The notes beneath the pieces were generated by a model that saw only the letters and a list, made by a program, of their open reading frames with translations, searched no databases and was not told the origin of the DNA. From the NCBI GenBank assembly GCA_009103225.1, contig RHPI01002823.1:5003-69002 (forward strand): a DNA stretch of 64,000 nt, given 5' to 3'. The translations under genes were made by a program, and so were the position numbers. Positions 23,801 to 36,289 of the stretch are shown in pieces. The first letter of the stretch is position 1. Each line of letters opens with the position of its first letter. Origin of the DNA: Chlorokybus atmophyticus (lineage: Eukaryota; Plantae; Mesostigma and Chlorokybus algae).

Positions 23801-26446
23801 TCATACAGTCGTTACTAGGAATAAAAGCCTCTACTTTGCTAAGATGATCCAAGCATTGCATGACGGTCACTTGCGCGGGCGGTATGTCGTCGTCATTCTC
23901 CTCCTCTTGGGTACCAGCACATACGCAGTGCAGCCAAACAGCCGCATACTGCTTACAGCAGGAGCCTGCTTATAAAACAGCTCCCACGGAGTCTTTGCCA
24001 AAGCATGTACAGGTGACCTGTTCCTGATGTAGTTGGCTGACAGGACCGCCTCTGCCCACCAACAATACTCCGGCTTGGCATCACTGATCATCGCTCTCAC
24101 ACTATTCGTTAGAGTCAAGTTGAGTCTCCCACTTCGCCATTCTGCTGCGGAGTGTAAGGAGCGGGTGTCTGAACAATGCCTTTTGCAGACCAGAAAAATG
24201 CTAACACCTCATTCATAAACGTTCCTCCCTTGTCACTGCTTACTGTCTTCACATTGTGCCCTGATTGCGTCTTCATCCAGAGCAATACCTCCTTCACCAC
24301 AGCTGGTACAATAGACTTCAACTTCGACGGACGCACGATGTATAGCTTTGAAGAGTTGTCAAGGAAGGTGACAATGTACGCAGCCCCCCTTTGACTTCTC
24401 AGACAGTGGACCACACACATCTGATTGCACTAGCTGTCCCACGTGCTTGCTGGCGTTCTATGAACTTGGAAAGGGCGACCTGTGCATCTTAGACAGCACA
24501 CATGGCTCACACAACACTAACCTAGCTTCCTTGACTTGCTGCTTACTCACATTGATGCCTTTGACCAAATTCTCAGCAATCAGCCTCTTGAGGTTGTCAT
24601 AGCCCAGATGACCATATAGTCTATGCCAAAGCTCATCTGATTCTGCCGTTGTAGCCACCAATGCAGTATCAGACTCTGCCTCTTTTATCTTATAGAGACC
24701 TGCAGGCTGTTCCCCTGCAATTAAGCAGAGCTTGCCATTGAACTGCAACCAGCACTTGTCTCCTCCAAATAGTTTGGCACCTGCCTTCAGCGCACTCCGG
24801 GCAGAGAAGAGGCTTGCCTGTACACCAGGTACATGGAGGACTGACTTCAACTCCACCCTTTGTACACCTTCTCCAACCTTGCATTGAAGTACAGCACTGC
24901 CTGTACCCTTCACATCCAAATTATGTCCCAAGGTGGGGTGGGGTGGGGCTTCCACCGTGCGAGGTGTCACTTGAGCCTTGTACTCGTGAAGTAGACCAAC
25001 ATCAGAAGTTTGATGCTGAGTATAGCCAGAATTAAACACCCACGCGGGATATTGCCTGCTTGTAAATGCTGTGAAGGCAACTGCACCTCCACCACCATTG
25101 TTGTGCCCTCCAGAGGTATTGCCCATCCCAACCTTTTTCTCCTTCATCTGCAGAGAATCCCTCTTTAAACGACCTTCCTGCTTGCAATGGTAACACTAGC
25201 CTTCAATGAGCTTCTTCTTCTGAGCTTCTTCTTTTTCTGTTCTCCCTTGCCACCACCACTGCTTCCACCAGAGTTGCTGTTGCTGGAGTTGCCCTTGCTG
25301 CTAGTTGCATCTCTTTGAATTCTCCATTTCGCTGCATGGGCATTGGCATCACCATCAGCATCGTTGCTCCTGATGCTAGACTCTGTCTTCAGCAGCACAG
25401 GCAGAATCTCACTCTTCAACTTTATTGATGCACTCCTTCCTTCAAGTATGATAACCACAACTTCGTACTCTCTACGCAGCACGGACAGCACACTCAGACA
25501 CAAGTTATCCTCTGAGACAGTCTCTCCAATAAAAGTCAAATCATTTCTGAGCTGCTGTGCACGTCCTTGATACTCTGTAACTGTCTCTGAACTCAGCTTT
25601 CTCATACTATTGAATACTTGCTTGAGCTCAATCCTACGACCAACAGAGCGTGTGGCAGACAAATTTTCCGGTGCTTCCCATGCTGCTTTGGCATCAAGAC
25701 ATGACTGCAGCATTGGCCTATGAAACGGCTCAATACGCATGCACATCAAAGCCCAAGCACGCATACTCTTTTGCCAAGCAGACTCATTCCCAACTGGTAC
25801 ACTTAGCTTTGGGTCAACGTAGTCCCAAAACTCTTTGTAAATTAGCTTCATCTTCATCTCAAAGCTCCAGCTGGCGTAGTTGTCATCTCCCAGGGCTTTG
25901 ATGGTATACTTCTCCCTCTCTGCATCTATGGTGGTTGCCATTGAATTCTCCAAGCCGCTCAACCTTCAGCAAATTTCCAGCAGACCTCTTGCCTGTTCGC
26001 CTACCCTCTTAGAACAGCTCCACCAAGTTCTAGCAACGTTTCAACGTCTTACACAGAGGACAAACACTCTCTCAAGCTACACACAACTCTAGCATGGGTG
26101 TGGGCCCATTACCTGTTGACTGGAGCTATTGCATGCAACCATGCACAGCATACAACATACACATGCAATGATTAAGCTTGTGCAAGCTACACCACTAGAG
26201 TACTGACTCGAGAGTAAACTGTACTGATATAACGCGGGCTGCATCGGCTCTGGGCCCTAACTCGGGTCTTACTAGAAAGACCAGCCCAGACTGTGCCAGT
26301 CCTAACTGCCTACAGCTTATATAACTGCCGTATAAAGTAGCTTATCTAATGTCGCTAAATAAGCTACTCAAAGTCCGAATTGACAAGCTCATTGCATATG
26401 AGTCATGAGAGTCATAAACCATGCATAACATGCTCTATTCTCAACA
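20830..26446 (-). mobile_element. Full-length but dead Ty1/Copia (family C): LTRs 26114-26446 and 20830-21164, PBS 26100-26113, TSD GCAAC
   Basis: Both LTRs TGTTGA...TCAACA; GCAAC at 20825-20829 and 26447-26451; minus strand LTR-GGTAATGGGCCCAC. Gag 25165-25962, WVFNSG protease, integrase, RT and RH present with many stops; PPT CTGCGTGGGAG. Confidence 0.95.
23243..23898 (-). mobile_element. 3' end of a pogo-like (Tc1/mariner) DNA transposon inside the Copia integrase
   Basis: Terminus TA|CAGTCTACCCTCGCTA matches the TIRs of the MITEs at 50055 and 51673. Minus frame QEEENDDDIPPAQVTVMQCLDHLSKVEAF...LRRVR...SVQTRLFKFF resembles pogo/Tigger C-termini. Confidence 0.65.
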
Positions 26447-26639
26447 GCAACCACCTCTGTGTTCTTTGCAATAGGAGCTTTGCGGCGTTGCCTGCCTTTA
26501 GTCCACCTTGGTGGTTCTGTTTTGATTTTGGAGGGTTGTTCTTCCCCCGATAGCCGTTGTTAGCTTGCTCCTTGCCCTTGTTGTCGTTGATGTTGTTGTT
26601 GTTATTGTTGTTGTTGTTGTTGTAACCGCTGCTACCATT

Positions 26640-27850
26640 TTAGCTGGTTGAGAGTCTCAACTCAGGGTGCTTAGCGTAGCAGACTGCCTCCAAGTGTCCG
26701 GTCTTGTGGCAGTGGTCATACGCCAGGTTCCCGTACTCCTCCGTGCAATCCTTTTTATAGTGGCAACCATGGCAGACGACAGGGGCAGATAGTGCAACGT
26801 GAGCTGACTTCGCAGAAGATTTGGGTGTGCTGGTGAGATAAGACTTGCGGTTACGTCGGCTGGGGTCTGGAGCATAGGCATTAGCACGTGAGGGACCAGA
26901 TTTCATATCCAACACGGCTATCATCCACACCTGGCGGTCATGGATTGCCCGGGCTGTTTCAAAGGCTTGAAGCAACGAATACCCTTCTGGTCGGGTATTG
27001 TCGAGAGCGTTGTCCACCGTCCTGTTCAGTGGAGGCTCCAGTTGGCTGATGATCACCACGGCGGCAGCCTCGTCGCTAAGGATCTTGTAGTTGGTGTCCT
27101 TCAGTGACTTGACCATACGGGTGTCAGTGCGCAGAGGATCCTCCCCTGCTTTGCGCCTGCAATGATGCAACTCCTCCATCTTCAGACTGGTCTGTGGTGG
27201 GAATGTGCGCCGAAGCGCCAGATACAAGTCCTGCAAGGGTGACAACATACGGTACACCCTGACGGTGAGGGTGGGTTCTCGCATGCTGACCGAGCCTGAA
27301 GATAGTAAACTGCCTGCAGCCGTGGCTACGGTTCCCCGAGTTGTTGTCCGGATTGGAGTATCAGGTACAGCAACGCGATGTCGTGCTTGTGCTTCCCCAA
27401 GCGCAAGTTGTTGCTCTGCCGTTAGCCTGAACGCTAAAGTTTGCAACTGGGACCAGCGTGCGTGTTGGGCTGCAGCCAACTCGCAGTCGACCAATGCAGG
27501 ATCAGCTGCTAGTATATCTGCTGCAGCTGTTAACTGCGCTGCGGTGAAAGCTTCCGTAAGAGTAGGGCCTTTCAGTGGGGCAGCTGGAACAATGAGCATG
27601 GCAGGGACGCCGGGAGTTGATGCTTCCATGGGCAGAGCTTCGGTGCCGGCCAGAACTCAATACCCACCAAACTCATGCTGTGCAGCAACTGACCTATACA
27701 TCTCATGTGCCTCGTGGTCTAAGCAAGTTGCAGCCATGCGAAAAGACATTACATCTGACTAGTTGGGAGTCTTAATCGTATGGTAGCTCATCTTGGAATC
27801 AACCTTGATGATGCATTTGTCCATGGTGTTGTGCCAGGACGTCCGAAGAA
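26640..27850 (-). pseudogene. Gag-like ORF of G1 with tandem Zn knuckles
   Basis: ORF 26640-27629 ends CHGCHYKKDC...YDHCHKTGHLEAVC and is homologous to 31532-32128 (CHCSGRYGHYQKEC...CDYCHKTGHLESVC). Homology extends upstream through stops. Confidence 0.75.
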
Positions 27851-28089
27851 GGTGAGACCACGAGTGGATCCAGATGCCTCATGTCGTCGCTGTCGAGCTG
27901 ATCCACGAAGCTTTCAACTTGACGATGAGACTAAGTATGTACGTAACGGGGTACTTGTGAAGACCGGGGGCTGTCGTTGTTGGCGTCTTCTTCACCGTAG
28001 CGTTCGTGTCATAGGTTCGAGCCCAACCAGCTGTCGCAGTAGCTGGTGTTCTCCTCGGCCACAGGGGGTAAGCACGTACCGATGGGTGA

Positions 28090-28980
28090 ACTTTCTCACT
28101 AGTGTAGACTCACACATGCAAATTGCACGGTGAGCGCCGGAGAGAGCGAGGCAGAGTGTGTGTGCTCTATTAATGCTCCCCCCGTGCTACCACCCAACAC
28201 ACTAGTGCTGGCAATGATAACCGTGAATGCACTATGTGCTGGCAATGATAACCTAACATTGATGCAACCATCGCGGCTGCAAGAATGCAAGCCACCCTGA
28301 TGCACGACACTCACTTGTACAAGGAGGATGACACTGTAAGTCAATACGCCACTACTAGAGGTAGTGCTGGTTATACAATTCCTTGCATGAGGTCAAAATA
28401 TTTCCACTGTTAAGTACAGTACATGAATGCGGCAACTCGTGGATGCCACACTCTGATGCGGACTACACAACGTGCACCCACGCAACCACAATCACATCAA
28501 GTGACAAGCAATGCACGTGTGCATTCACTGCATTTTTTGACGTGTAGATGTGTCTTGGCAAACGGGGCGGCGAGGTGATGCAGTCACATCAAGCCACAAC
28601 CTTCAGAGAGCAAGTCCCGAGCACTCCGAAGATCAACATCCATAATTCTTAATTTCAAGTCTTTCAGTTCTCACTTATAGTGTCATCAACGTACAAAGAC
28701 TAAGCCCTAAGCCTTTATAGTCAAGCTACAAATGTTTAGTTCTAAGATGACGGCTAGTTTACGAAATGACCATCATCAAGGCAAAGACAAACTCGCAACG
28801 GATCAGCTAGTACGGCTTATATTAGGTACCTACGAAGACTAACCAATAATTGCTTACTGACTGTTGCGCGAGACTCATGCCGGTAGCCGGAATTGATGTC
28901 TGGCTGTGGGCATAGCTGATCACAAGGGTTGCTGATGCTGGTAGCACGGAAACAATGCCTGTCTGTAGGCATCAACAAGG
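28090..28980 (-). repeat. Putative 5' LTR of G1; diverged direct repeat of ~32910-33790
   Basis: Colinear shared blocks, e.g. GAGTGT.TGTGCTCTA, CACACTAGTGCT, GGTAGTGCTG, CACTGTTAAGT, GCTGGTAG..CGGA.ACAATG. Exact ends not resolved. Confidence 0.55.
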
Positions 28981-29878
28981 AAGTTGGCCTCTCCTGGATC
29001 GCTGGCATGACAGCCCTCCTTGTCCGAGGCCTGGCCCGAACCGTCCTTGTCTTGGCTGTTAGTATACCCGCTGCGGCCTGGGTGCTGGCGGTGCTGCCTG
29101 TGGCTGCCTTGATTGTGGCGCAGGGGGATTGCGCCTCTGTGTGGCCGGGGTGATATCTGGCGGCGTAGCAAGTGGCTGTTGGGGAAACCCTGGTGGACAG
29201 GGTGTTTGTGGGGCCGCCTCCCGTGCAGCCTGTTCTTCCACATGAGTCCAGTGCGCAGCATGAGCTGCCTCCCTGGCCAGTGTACCTTCCCATATGGCTG
29301 TTAGATTGTGTGACCACGTCACTCTAGCGATGGTTCTGAGGCATGGGCTGGAGATACACTGCGCGCAGGAGCCGCGCTCTTATTTCGTGAGTGATGGTGG
29401 GAACCCTTAAGATCCCGGCTATGTAGGCATCCCATCTGCCATTGACCACCCCCACTTTCAGCACCGTTGTTGCTCGTACTTGCACAGTGAGGTAAATCTC
29501 TGGCTGTTGGACATGCTGCTCATAAGCAGCTGCGATGCGTCTGCGCTGTCGCACTGCTTCCACTCCTTGCAACCACAGTATGGCCTCTTGATGGCTGCTG
29601 AGGCAACCTCGTCATATGCTTGCCGTAGCGGGCGTAGGAAGGCGTCCAACCATAACAATCTAGTGCTGAATATAAATAGAGAGATTGCGGGGTGATTGGT
29701 GACTAGCCAAGTCACCAGTCTTGCTCGCGCTGCATTGCCACCTTCTCGCATCCCCATCATCCATCTCAAGCCGACGCCTTTTTGTCGATGTAGCATGGTT
29801 GCTTGTCGCAATAGGGCAGTGCGAACTTGCTGTTCCCCAACTAAGCCTGCTCCATCTCGTTGTGTACACCCTTCTGGT

Positions 29879-30130
29879 GTAAGGTAGCCTCCCCCTGAAT
29901 CCTGTTGATCGTCAGGCAAGTCTTCCACGATGGCGGGTAACAGCGGAGCGATCCCCCCCCCCCTGGTTTGTTGGGCCAGCACCCTCACCTGGTCACTGTT
30001 GGTGTGTGGTGTAAGGTAGCCTCTCCCTAAATCTCGTTGATCGTCAGGCAAGTCTTCCACCAAGGCGGGTAACAGCGGAGCGATCACCCCCTTGGTTTGT
30101 TTGGCCAGCACCCTCAACTGGTCACTGTCG
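29879..30130. repeat. 132-bp tandem duplication inside G2
   Basis: GTAAGGTAGCCT...CACCCTCA.CTGGTCACTGT at 29879 and 30011; encodes repeated IAPLLPA.VEDLPDDQ.D.G.GYLTP. Confidence 0.85.
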
Positions 30131-32690
30131 GGCTCAACGGCAAGAGGTGTCGTGCTAAACGATGGGCCAGCGATTGTCGGTTGAGGAGCAGAAGCAAGGG
30201 CTTGCGCTCTTGTGCTGATTGCTGCACTTTGGTTTTGTCGCTAGGCAAACGCTTGTTCCAGAGCGGTGTAGCGCTCGTGAAGCCGAACGGTACTGAGGGG
30301 TCTCAGTGCTTCGTTGTCATTCAAAGGCATGTTAACTGCATCAGCGATGTGCTGCTGCACGTTGGGTTGCCAGTCTCGATACATGTCCAGCGGGCTTGGC
30401 TAGAAAGGCTCGTAACGGACTAGTGCGGGTTGGCGTGGCGCCGTCTGCATGTTGTTATGCAGCGTCCAGAACAACCGTAGGGCCAACTCCAGTACAACAG
30501 GTGGTCTGACCACAAAGATGCGGTCTCGCATGGGAGGCGCCGTGCCGGCGAGGATTTCATCCTGTAGTTGCCGCTGAGTCTGTTCTAGCAGGGTGTAATA
30601 CTCAAGCAATGGGAAGACGCGATCACTGCGTCCAACCCGCGTTGTGCGCTCTCCTCCTCGCCCAAAAGCAATGGTAGTGGGATCTGCTGCACACATGATG
30701 GTCTCCCATGCGCGCTCAGCTTGCTTGCAGGACAGCCTGAATGACATTGAGGACGGGCAATGTAGCTGCGCGCGTCATTGCAGTGGCAGCGGACTCGACG
30801 ATGGCACTAGCAGTGGTTGCTATGGTGCCGCTCAGTGGCGCGAGAGTGGTCTCAACGCTTGCTGACACAGGTGGTCCTGCAATTGGAGCGGCACTGGTGC
30901 GATCTACTGCTGCAGAATGGGTGACAGCAGTGGCTGTCGTCAACATGCTCACCAGAGTTGGCGTAATAGTGCCCACCGATGCACCAACTCCTGGTGCAAC
31001 TGGAGTAGTTGCTGCTGACGTTGACGGAGACGACGTCGTAGCCGGTGTGGTTGTTGCTGCTAATGCAGCACCAATGGTGGCTTCAATGGAGGTAGCTGCT
31101 GATGATGTTGCGGCTTCCCCTCGAGCTCGTTGGGGTGGTTGAACACGTGATGGAGTGCTCGTGTCTCTCGTGCGCTTTGGAGCCATCCGTGCCCATCCGG
31201 CAGAGTAGCAGGCGCGGTAGTTTTGCTCTCTATCTTCCTTCAAGCGTGCTATACGCGCCATGAGGGCAGCAATATGGTCATCAGCTGGCGGGTTGGTCGG
31301 AGCCTTGGCGGCAACAGCAGCAGCGCGTGAACGTCCTTCTAGTCCTTTGTGCTGAGGAGGTTGATTCTTCCCCCTGTAGCCTTGCTCTTCTTTGCGAGCG
31401 TTGGCGTAGTTGTTGTTGTTGTAGTGGCCTCTGGTGTGGTTGCTATTGTTACCACCAGAGTTGTCGCCATCGTGGCCTCCAGTGTTGTTGCTGTTGTAGA
31501 TGCTGGCAGGTCTCAACTCAAGGAACTTGAGTCAGCAGACTGACTCCAAGTGGCCCGTCTTGTGACAATAGTCGCAGACCAGGGTTGAGAACTCTTTGGT
31601 GCACTCCTTTTGGTAGTGCCCATACCGTCCACTGCAATGACACAGCACAGGGGCAGGCAAAGCAGTATGAGCTGACCGTTTCCCTTTGTCGCGTGCTAGT
31701 GGAACGTCCCGGCCACATTCTTGGCGAGGAGGCTCAGTAGTTGTGCTGGCTACAGGCCGTGAGGCACTGCGGTTGGTGTCCAGCACCGCCTCCACATACA
31801 CCAAGCGCTTATGGATGGCTTGTGCGGTCTCGAAAGCTTTCTTGAGCGTGTAGCCAAGGATCATGCTGTAGTTTAGGGTCAGGCGCGTCGACTCGCTCAG
31901 GGTGGCATCCAACTCAATAACATACACCACTGCAGCAGCCTCGTCACTGATGATCATGTGGTCAGTGTTCTTTAGCAGCCCTTTCAGTCTGGAGTACAGG
32001 CGTAGAGGGTCCTCGTTGCGCTTGCGTCGGAATCGTCTCAGCTCCTCCACTTTGCTTGTGGTCTGAGGTGGGAAGGTGCGACAAAGTGCAGCGTATATCC
32101 TTGAGTGGAGAGTCAGAGATGGCAGCACTTACAGTAATGGCAAGTGCGCGCAGTGCGACTGACCCCGAGGGTGAAAGCACTGCCTCCCGCACGAGGGCCA
32201 GGGGTAAAGGTGTGCCCACCTTTACGGCTGCAGCTCGTTGTTCTTTAAAGATAGCAGCAGAACGGTCCAAGATCCGCGCCCGTCGTGTGGCCGTCTTGGT
32301 CTAAATCTCTGCAGGGGTCAGGTTGACAATCACCAACTCAGGCTCCTCCTCCTCTGCCTTGTCAATGGCTGCCGCTATGGACAAGCCGGTGACTGCAGCG
32401 GGAGTGGCAGGTGGAAAGGCGGCTGCTGGACTGTGCAGCGACGCAGATGCTATAGCGCTGGCGAGCTCGCCATAGCCATCAACTCGATGCAGTTCAGCAA
32501 CAGACTTTCAGACATCATGTGCTTTATGATTAAGATACTGAGCAGTAATGAGAAAATAGATCTCACCTGACCAGTCTTTGTTTCTTGAGTGCTTGCTGTC
32601 GCATCTTGGAATGGAACTTAATCATGAATTCGTCAAGCGAGGTAGTGCCAGCATGTCCGAAAAAGCGCAGGGATGTGGTTGAGCTGGAAG

Positions 32691-32699
32691 CCTCCCCCC

Positions 32700-32758
<59 letters not shown>
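32691..32758. repeat. (CT)n microsatellite in the G2 leader
   Basis: Direct reading. Confidence 0.95.
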
Positions 32759-32760
<2 letters not shown>

Positions 32761-34219
32761 GTCGTCACTAACGGACGATAGTGGGGAAGCTCGATGGCGA
32801 GGAGTAGACCGGACCGGAGTGAAGCTGGAGACAGAACGCGAGCCTTTGCTGCTGCGATTGTTGCTCCCGTCACTGGTCCGCTCGTAGGTGAGATTGGGGC
32901 CAGTTGCTGAGGTCACCCTTGTGTATTGGAGAGAACGGGGTGGGCCTGCTCATACAGTCCATAGGTGAAAGTGTATGCAGGACTGAGTGTTTGTGCTCTA
33001 CTGCATGTCTTGATGCCGCTACCACTCACCACACTAGTGCTTGTGTGTGCACTATGTGATGACAGTGATAACGAATGCACAGGGATGTATCCCCAGCTAC
33101 AGACTGCACTATCTGATGCAGAATGCGACGCACTCACTTGAGCAAAGAGGGTGACACTGCTAGTCAACAAGCCACTGCTATAGGTAGTGCTGTTTACACA
33201 GTTCTTTGCATGAGTGGAAAGTGTGTTACACTGTTAAGTGAGGTGAATGAGCAAGCAACAGGTGGATGCTATGCTTTAACTGATGTCAACACGCACACCG
33301 CGACCAGGCACACCAAACTCACAGCAATGATAAGCGCGGTGCATACGAGCATCCACAGGCTCTCACACGGTGAGGGGTTTCTTGATAACCGGGACGGCGT
33401 GTTTGTAGTTCAAGTCGCTTCACAAGCTCTTAGCTTTCTCACTCACAGTGTCACCAGCTGATCCGGTGAACGCTGTGACTACTTATACAAGTCAAATCAC
33501 GTCTGTTTAGAACATAAGCTAACGGTCACATCGAGGCTATTTTCACAGAAATCCCCATTCGATATAGAACACAACATATGACTGAACTCAGAACTGAACA
33601 GCTACACGCGGTGCCTACGTAGGCTATGGCTATGAGCTAATCTAGAGTCATGACCTAGCTACTGGTCAGTGACGCGCGGGTTGGTATGCTGGTAGGCCGG
33701 GCGAGGGTTTCGATGTAGGCATGCCCGATGAAGGCTGGTAGTCGCGGACAATGGGCATGACACACAGCTAGTTCACACAGCTTGTCGAGTCTGAAGATGA
33801 GGATGTGGATCAGGTGAGCAAGAGTTATGTGTGCATTTACGAATCACTTGCTTTACCTGATGAAACAAGAGATGGATCTATGAGAGACGGAACCGCCAAT
33901 GGTAGCAAGAACTTGATTATCTATTGCCCGCTAGTTAGGGCTCAAACATCAGCAAGTTTTCGGTACCAGCTGCTTTGTTTCCGACATTGCAAGACACCTT
34001 CCATTTGTAACTGCGCTATGCTGCATTGGCACATTGTTCCATGTTCTGTCACTAGCATGCCAAGTATAAGAGCAATGTGTGCTATTATGGCATGCTACCA
34101 TGCACGCGTGACATATTTTATAATGACATATTGTATATAGCAATGTTTTACGGTACGGCTACCAGCACACCATTATAGCAAGTTGTAGACTATTGAGAGT
34201 ATGACATCTGTTGCGGACA

Positions 34220-36275
34220 TTTTTTTTTTTTTTTTTTTCACACACATACACATTGAGGGAAGAGTTTGTGCAGAAAACAAACTAGTGCTAGGTACAGGGC
34301 TTACTCTAGTCTAGAGTAAGCTAGTGAAAAGAAGACTGTGTTTACGATGAACAAATCTAGGTGAGTAAGGGGGGCGCACGGGAAATGTCCTGTGAAGGGT
34401 GAGCCATGGGAGAGTTGGATGAAGCGGAAGAAAAGGGGGGAGGGGGGAGGCTGTGCCAGGTTATGCTAGGATGTAGAAGGCGCCATGAGGGAGTGCAAAG
34501 AAAGTGGTTGTGCCCCCAGCCGGACTGGAAGCGAAGGAAGGAGCGGAGTTTCTTGTCGGCTGAGGAGACTGTAGACAACATGCACTGCCAATCTCCCTTT
34601 GTCAAAAGGAGGATGGAGTGAGACAGGGGGTGGACGCAATCCGAAGGAGAGAGGGTGACACTGTCGAAGAGAGAGCGGTTGCGGCTCAACCACAGGTGCC
34701 AGAGGACCAGTGGAATCAGCTGCGGGAAGAGAGGTTTAAGGTGAGGGGGAGTTGCAGGAGGAAGGAGAAGAAGGTGACGAAGAGAGAGAGGGAGAGGGGG
34801 TCCCGCTAGGCCAGCCCAGACCTTTGCGAACCACTGCCATACTGCAATGCTGAAGGGGCATTCAATAAAGAGGTGGGAGGGGGTCTCCACCGCGTCCAGG
34901 GTGCATAGCACGCACTTGCCCGCCGACATGTGGAAGCGGAGGAGGTGGTCCCCTGTGTAAAGGGCTTTGTGGACAAGCAGCCAAGTGAAGGAGCGAATGG
35001 AGCCCTTTAGGGGAGCGGAATGAATCCTTTTCCACACGGAGGGCCAGTGTATTCCTTGCTTGTCTTCTGCAGTCCACCGCTTCAGAGCTGGGATGTCTTG
35101 GGAGTGTCGTGCTGCAATGGCGGAGTAGCCCAGCTTAGACCCATAGTCCCATAGTGAGGTGGTGGAAGGAGAGGGAGGGTGAAGAGTTGTCCACTCTTGC
35201 ATCGAAGGGTCAAGATGCAGAATGCTCAGAGGGGCGCTGCCTGCCACACGCCAGCCAAAGAAGCGGATGCCTGGTGGGGAGTCAGCAGCTTGTCGTGTTG
35301 AAGCTTGTGTCAGAGACAACAAGGAGCTCCAACGGCGAGGGGGTGGAAGAACCCGAACTCGAACCAATCTGCTAACAGGCAAAGACAATGATGAAGGGGA
35401 GGATAGAGTGTCCTGCTCTTCTCCTGTCAGGTCGAAGGCTGTGCCACTGCAGCGGTTGTCAGAGCATTGCTCCACATGCAGGACTATCTGTATGCGGGAT
35501 GAGTTGTCGGGGGAGCCCCACCATTCACCTGCAGCGGGGGAGCCTACCCCAGCCGAGAGAATAAGACGCCATCTGTCTGGGATAGAGGAAATCAAGGTGG
35601 CGAGCTGAGCTTGAACTCGAGAGGTGGATGTGTGAGGCAGCCAACGACACAGCTCCTCAGCTGAGTAGAAGGAGCGGCGTGTAGGGCTCCAAAGGTCGCG
35701 GATGGTGAGAAACTCTGCAACCACCCATGAGCGCCACTGCCGTCGTGAGACTCTCGTTGCTGCTAGCACTCCTTCCTCAGGGTGCTGGATGTAGGGGTTG
35801 AGAAAGATGTGCTGCCGCAGCACTGAGTCGTATGTGTCTGGCTCCGGGGGGTGAAGAGGACGCACTTGCTGCCAGGCTCGGAAGATGCGTTGCCAGTGTG
35901 AGGGTAGATGTTTCATTGGCAACCCCGGGGAGGAGAGGAGTGCAGCTCCAATGGGAATCCATCGAACAAGCTGCGGGGTAGGGTGATGTTGACCATGCTG
36001 ACGTGCTGAGGGGAGAAGTTCATTGCCCCACCAATCCAGGTACCTGTGGCCGAGGATCTTCCAAGCTGCCCAAGACGGATCTGAGAGTCTGGCTGACCAC
36101 TTGGCTAGCAATGCCGTCGTTTGCCAACCTGGGTCGTGTATGCCTAAGCCTCCTAGCCTGCGGGGGTGACATACAGTCGACCAGTTGACTAGTTCCCCTG
36201 CCTGTCTTGGCCGTTTCCAGAGGAAGGAGCGGATGCTTGATGTGATTGAGGAAAGGGAGGCAGGTGAAGGCGCAA
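34220..36275 (-). mobile_element. 5'-truncated L1-clade LINE (ORF2 C-terminus, 3' UTR, poly-A)
   Basis: Frame RSFLWK...LVNWSTVCHPRRLGGLGIHD...ALLAKW continues into ORF 34357-36111 with zf-RVT motif IRSFTWLLVHKALYT...CVLC...ETPSHLFIECPFSIAVW. T19 at 34220-34238 is the poly-A tail on the minus strand. Confidence 0.9.
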
Positions 36276-36289
36276 CATTGAAAGGTTGC

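Larger units (their letters stand above)
17284..28980 (-). mobile_element. Gag-protease-DNMT retroelement copy G1 (inferred Ty3/Gypsy type), interrupted by Copia 20830-26446 and solo LTR 17457-17927; RT/INT not present
   Basis: Putative LTR ~28090-28980, gag 26640-27850 with two Zn knuckles, linker continuing across the Copia TSD, conserved WDxY..VYxxPMP block (18550-18978), aspartic protease RVMLDGGAQPCIIG (~18330-18500), then the DNMT. Colinear with G2. Confidence 0.7.
28990..33790 (-). mobile_element. Second copy (G2) of the same retroelement family: putative LTR ~32910-33790, gag and linker, truncated before protease
   Basis: ORFs 31532-32128, 30716-31516, 29458-30117 and 29324-29572 are colinear homologs of G1 segments (e.g. 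GRWDAYIAGILRVPTI..LLRAVYLQPMPQ vs GQWDTYMRSILGIPTI..LVHAVYLTPMPQ). Confidence 0.72.

Noticed and set aside
28090-33790. 28090-28980 and 32910-33790 as the paired LTRs of one gag-only element
   Set aside because: Too diverged for a pair and no TSD or PPT found; nesting of G1 in G2 is the simpler reading.
17284-33790. DIRS/tyrosine-recombinase identity (with Dam-type methylase) for G1/G2
   Set aside because: No YR or adenine-MTase motif seen; the methylase motifs are C5-type and follow an aspartic protease.
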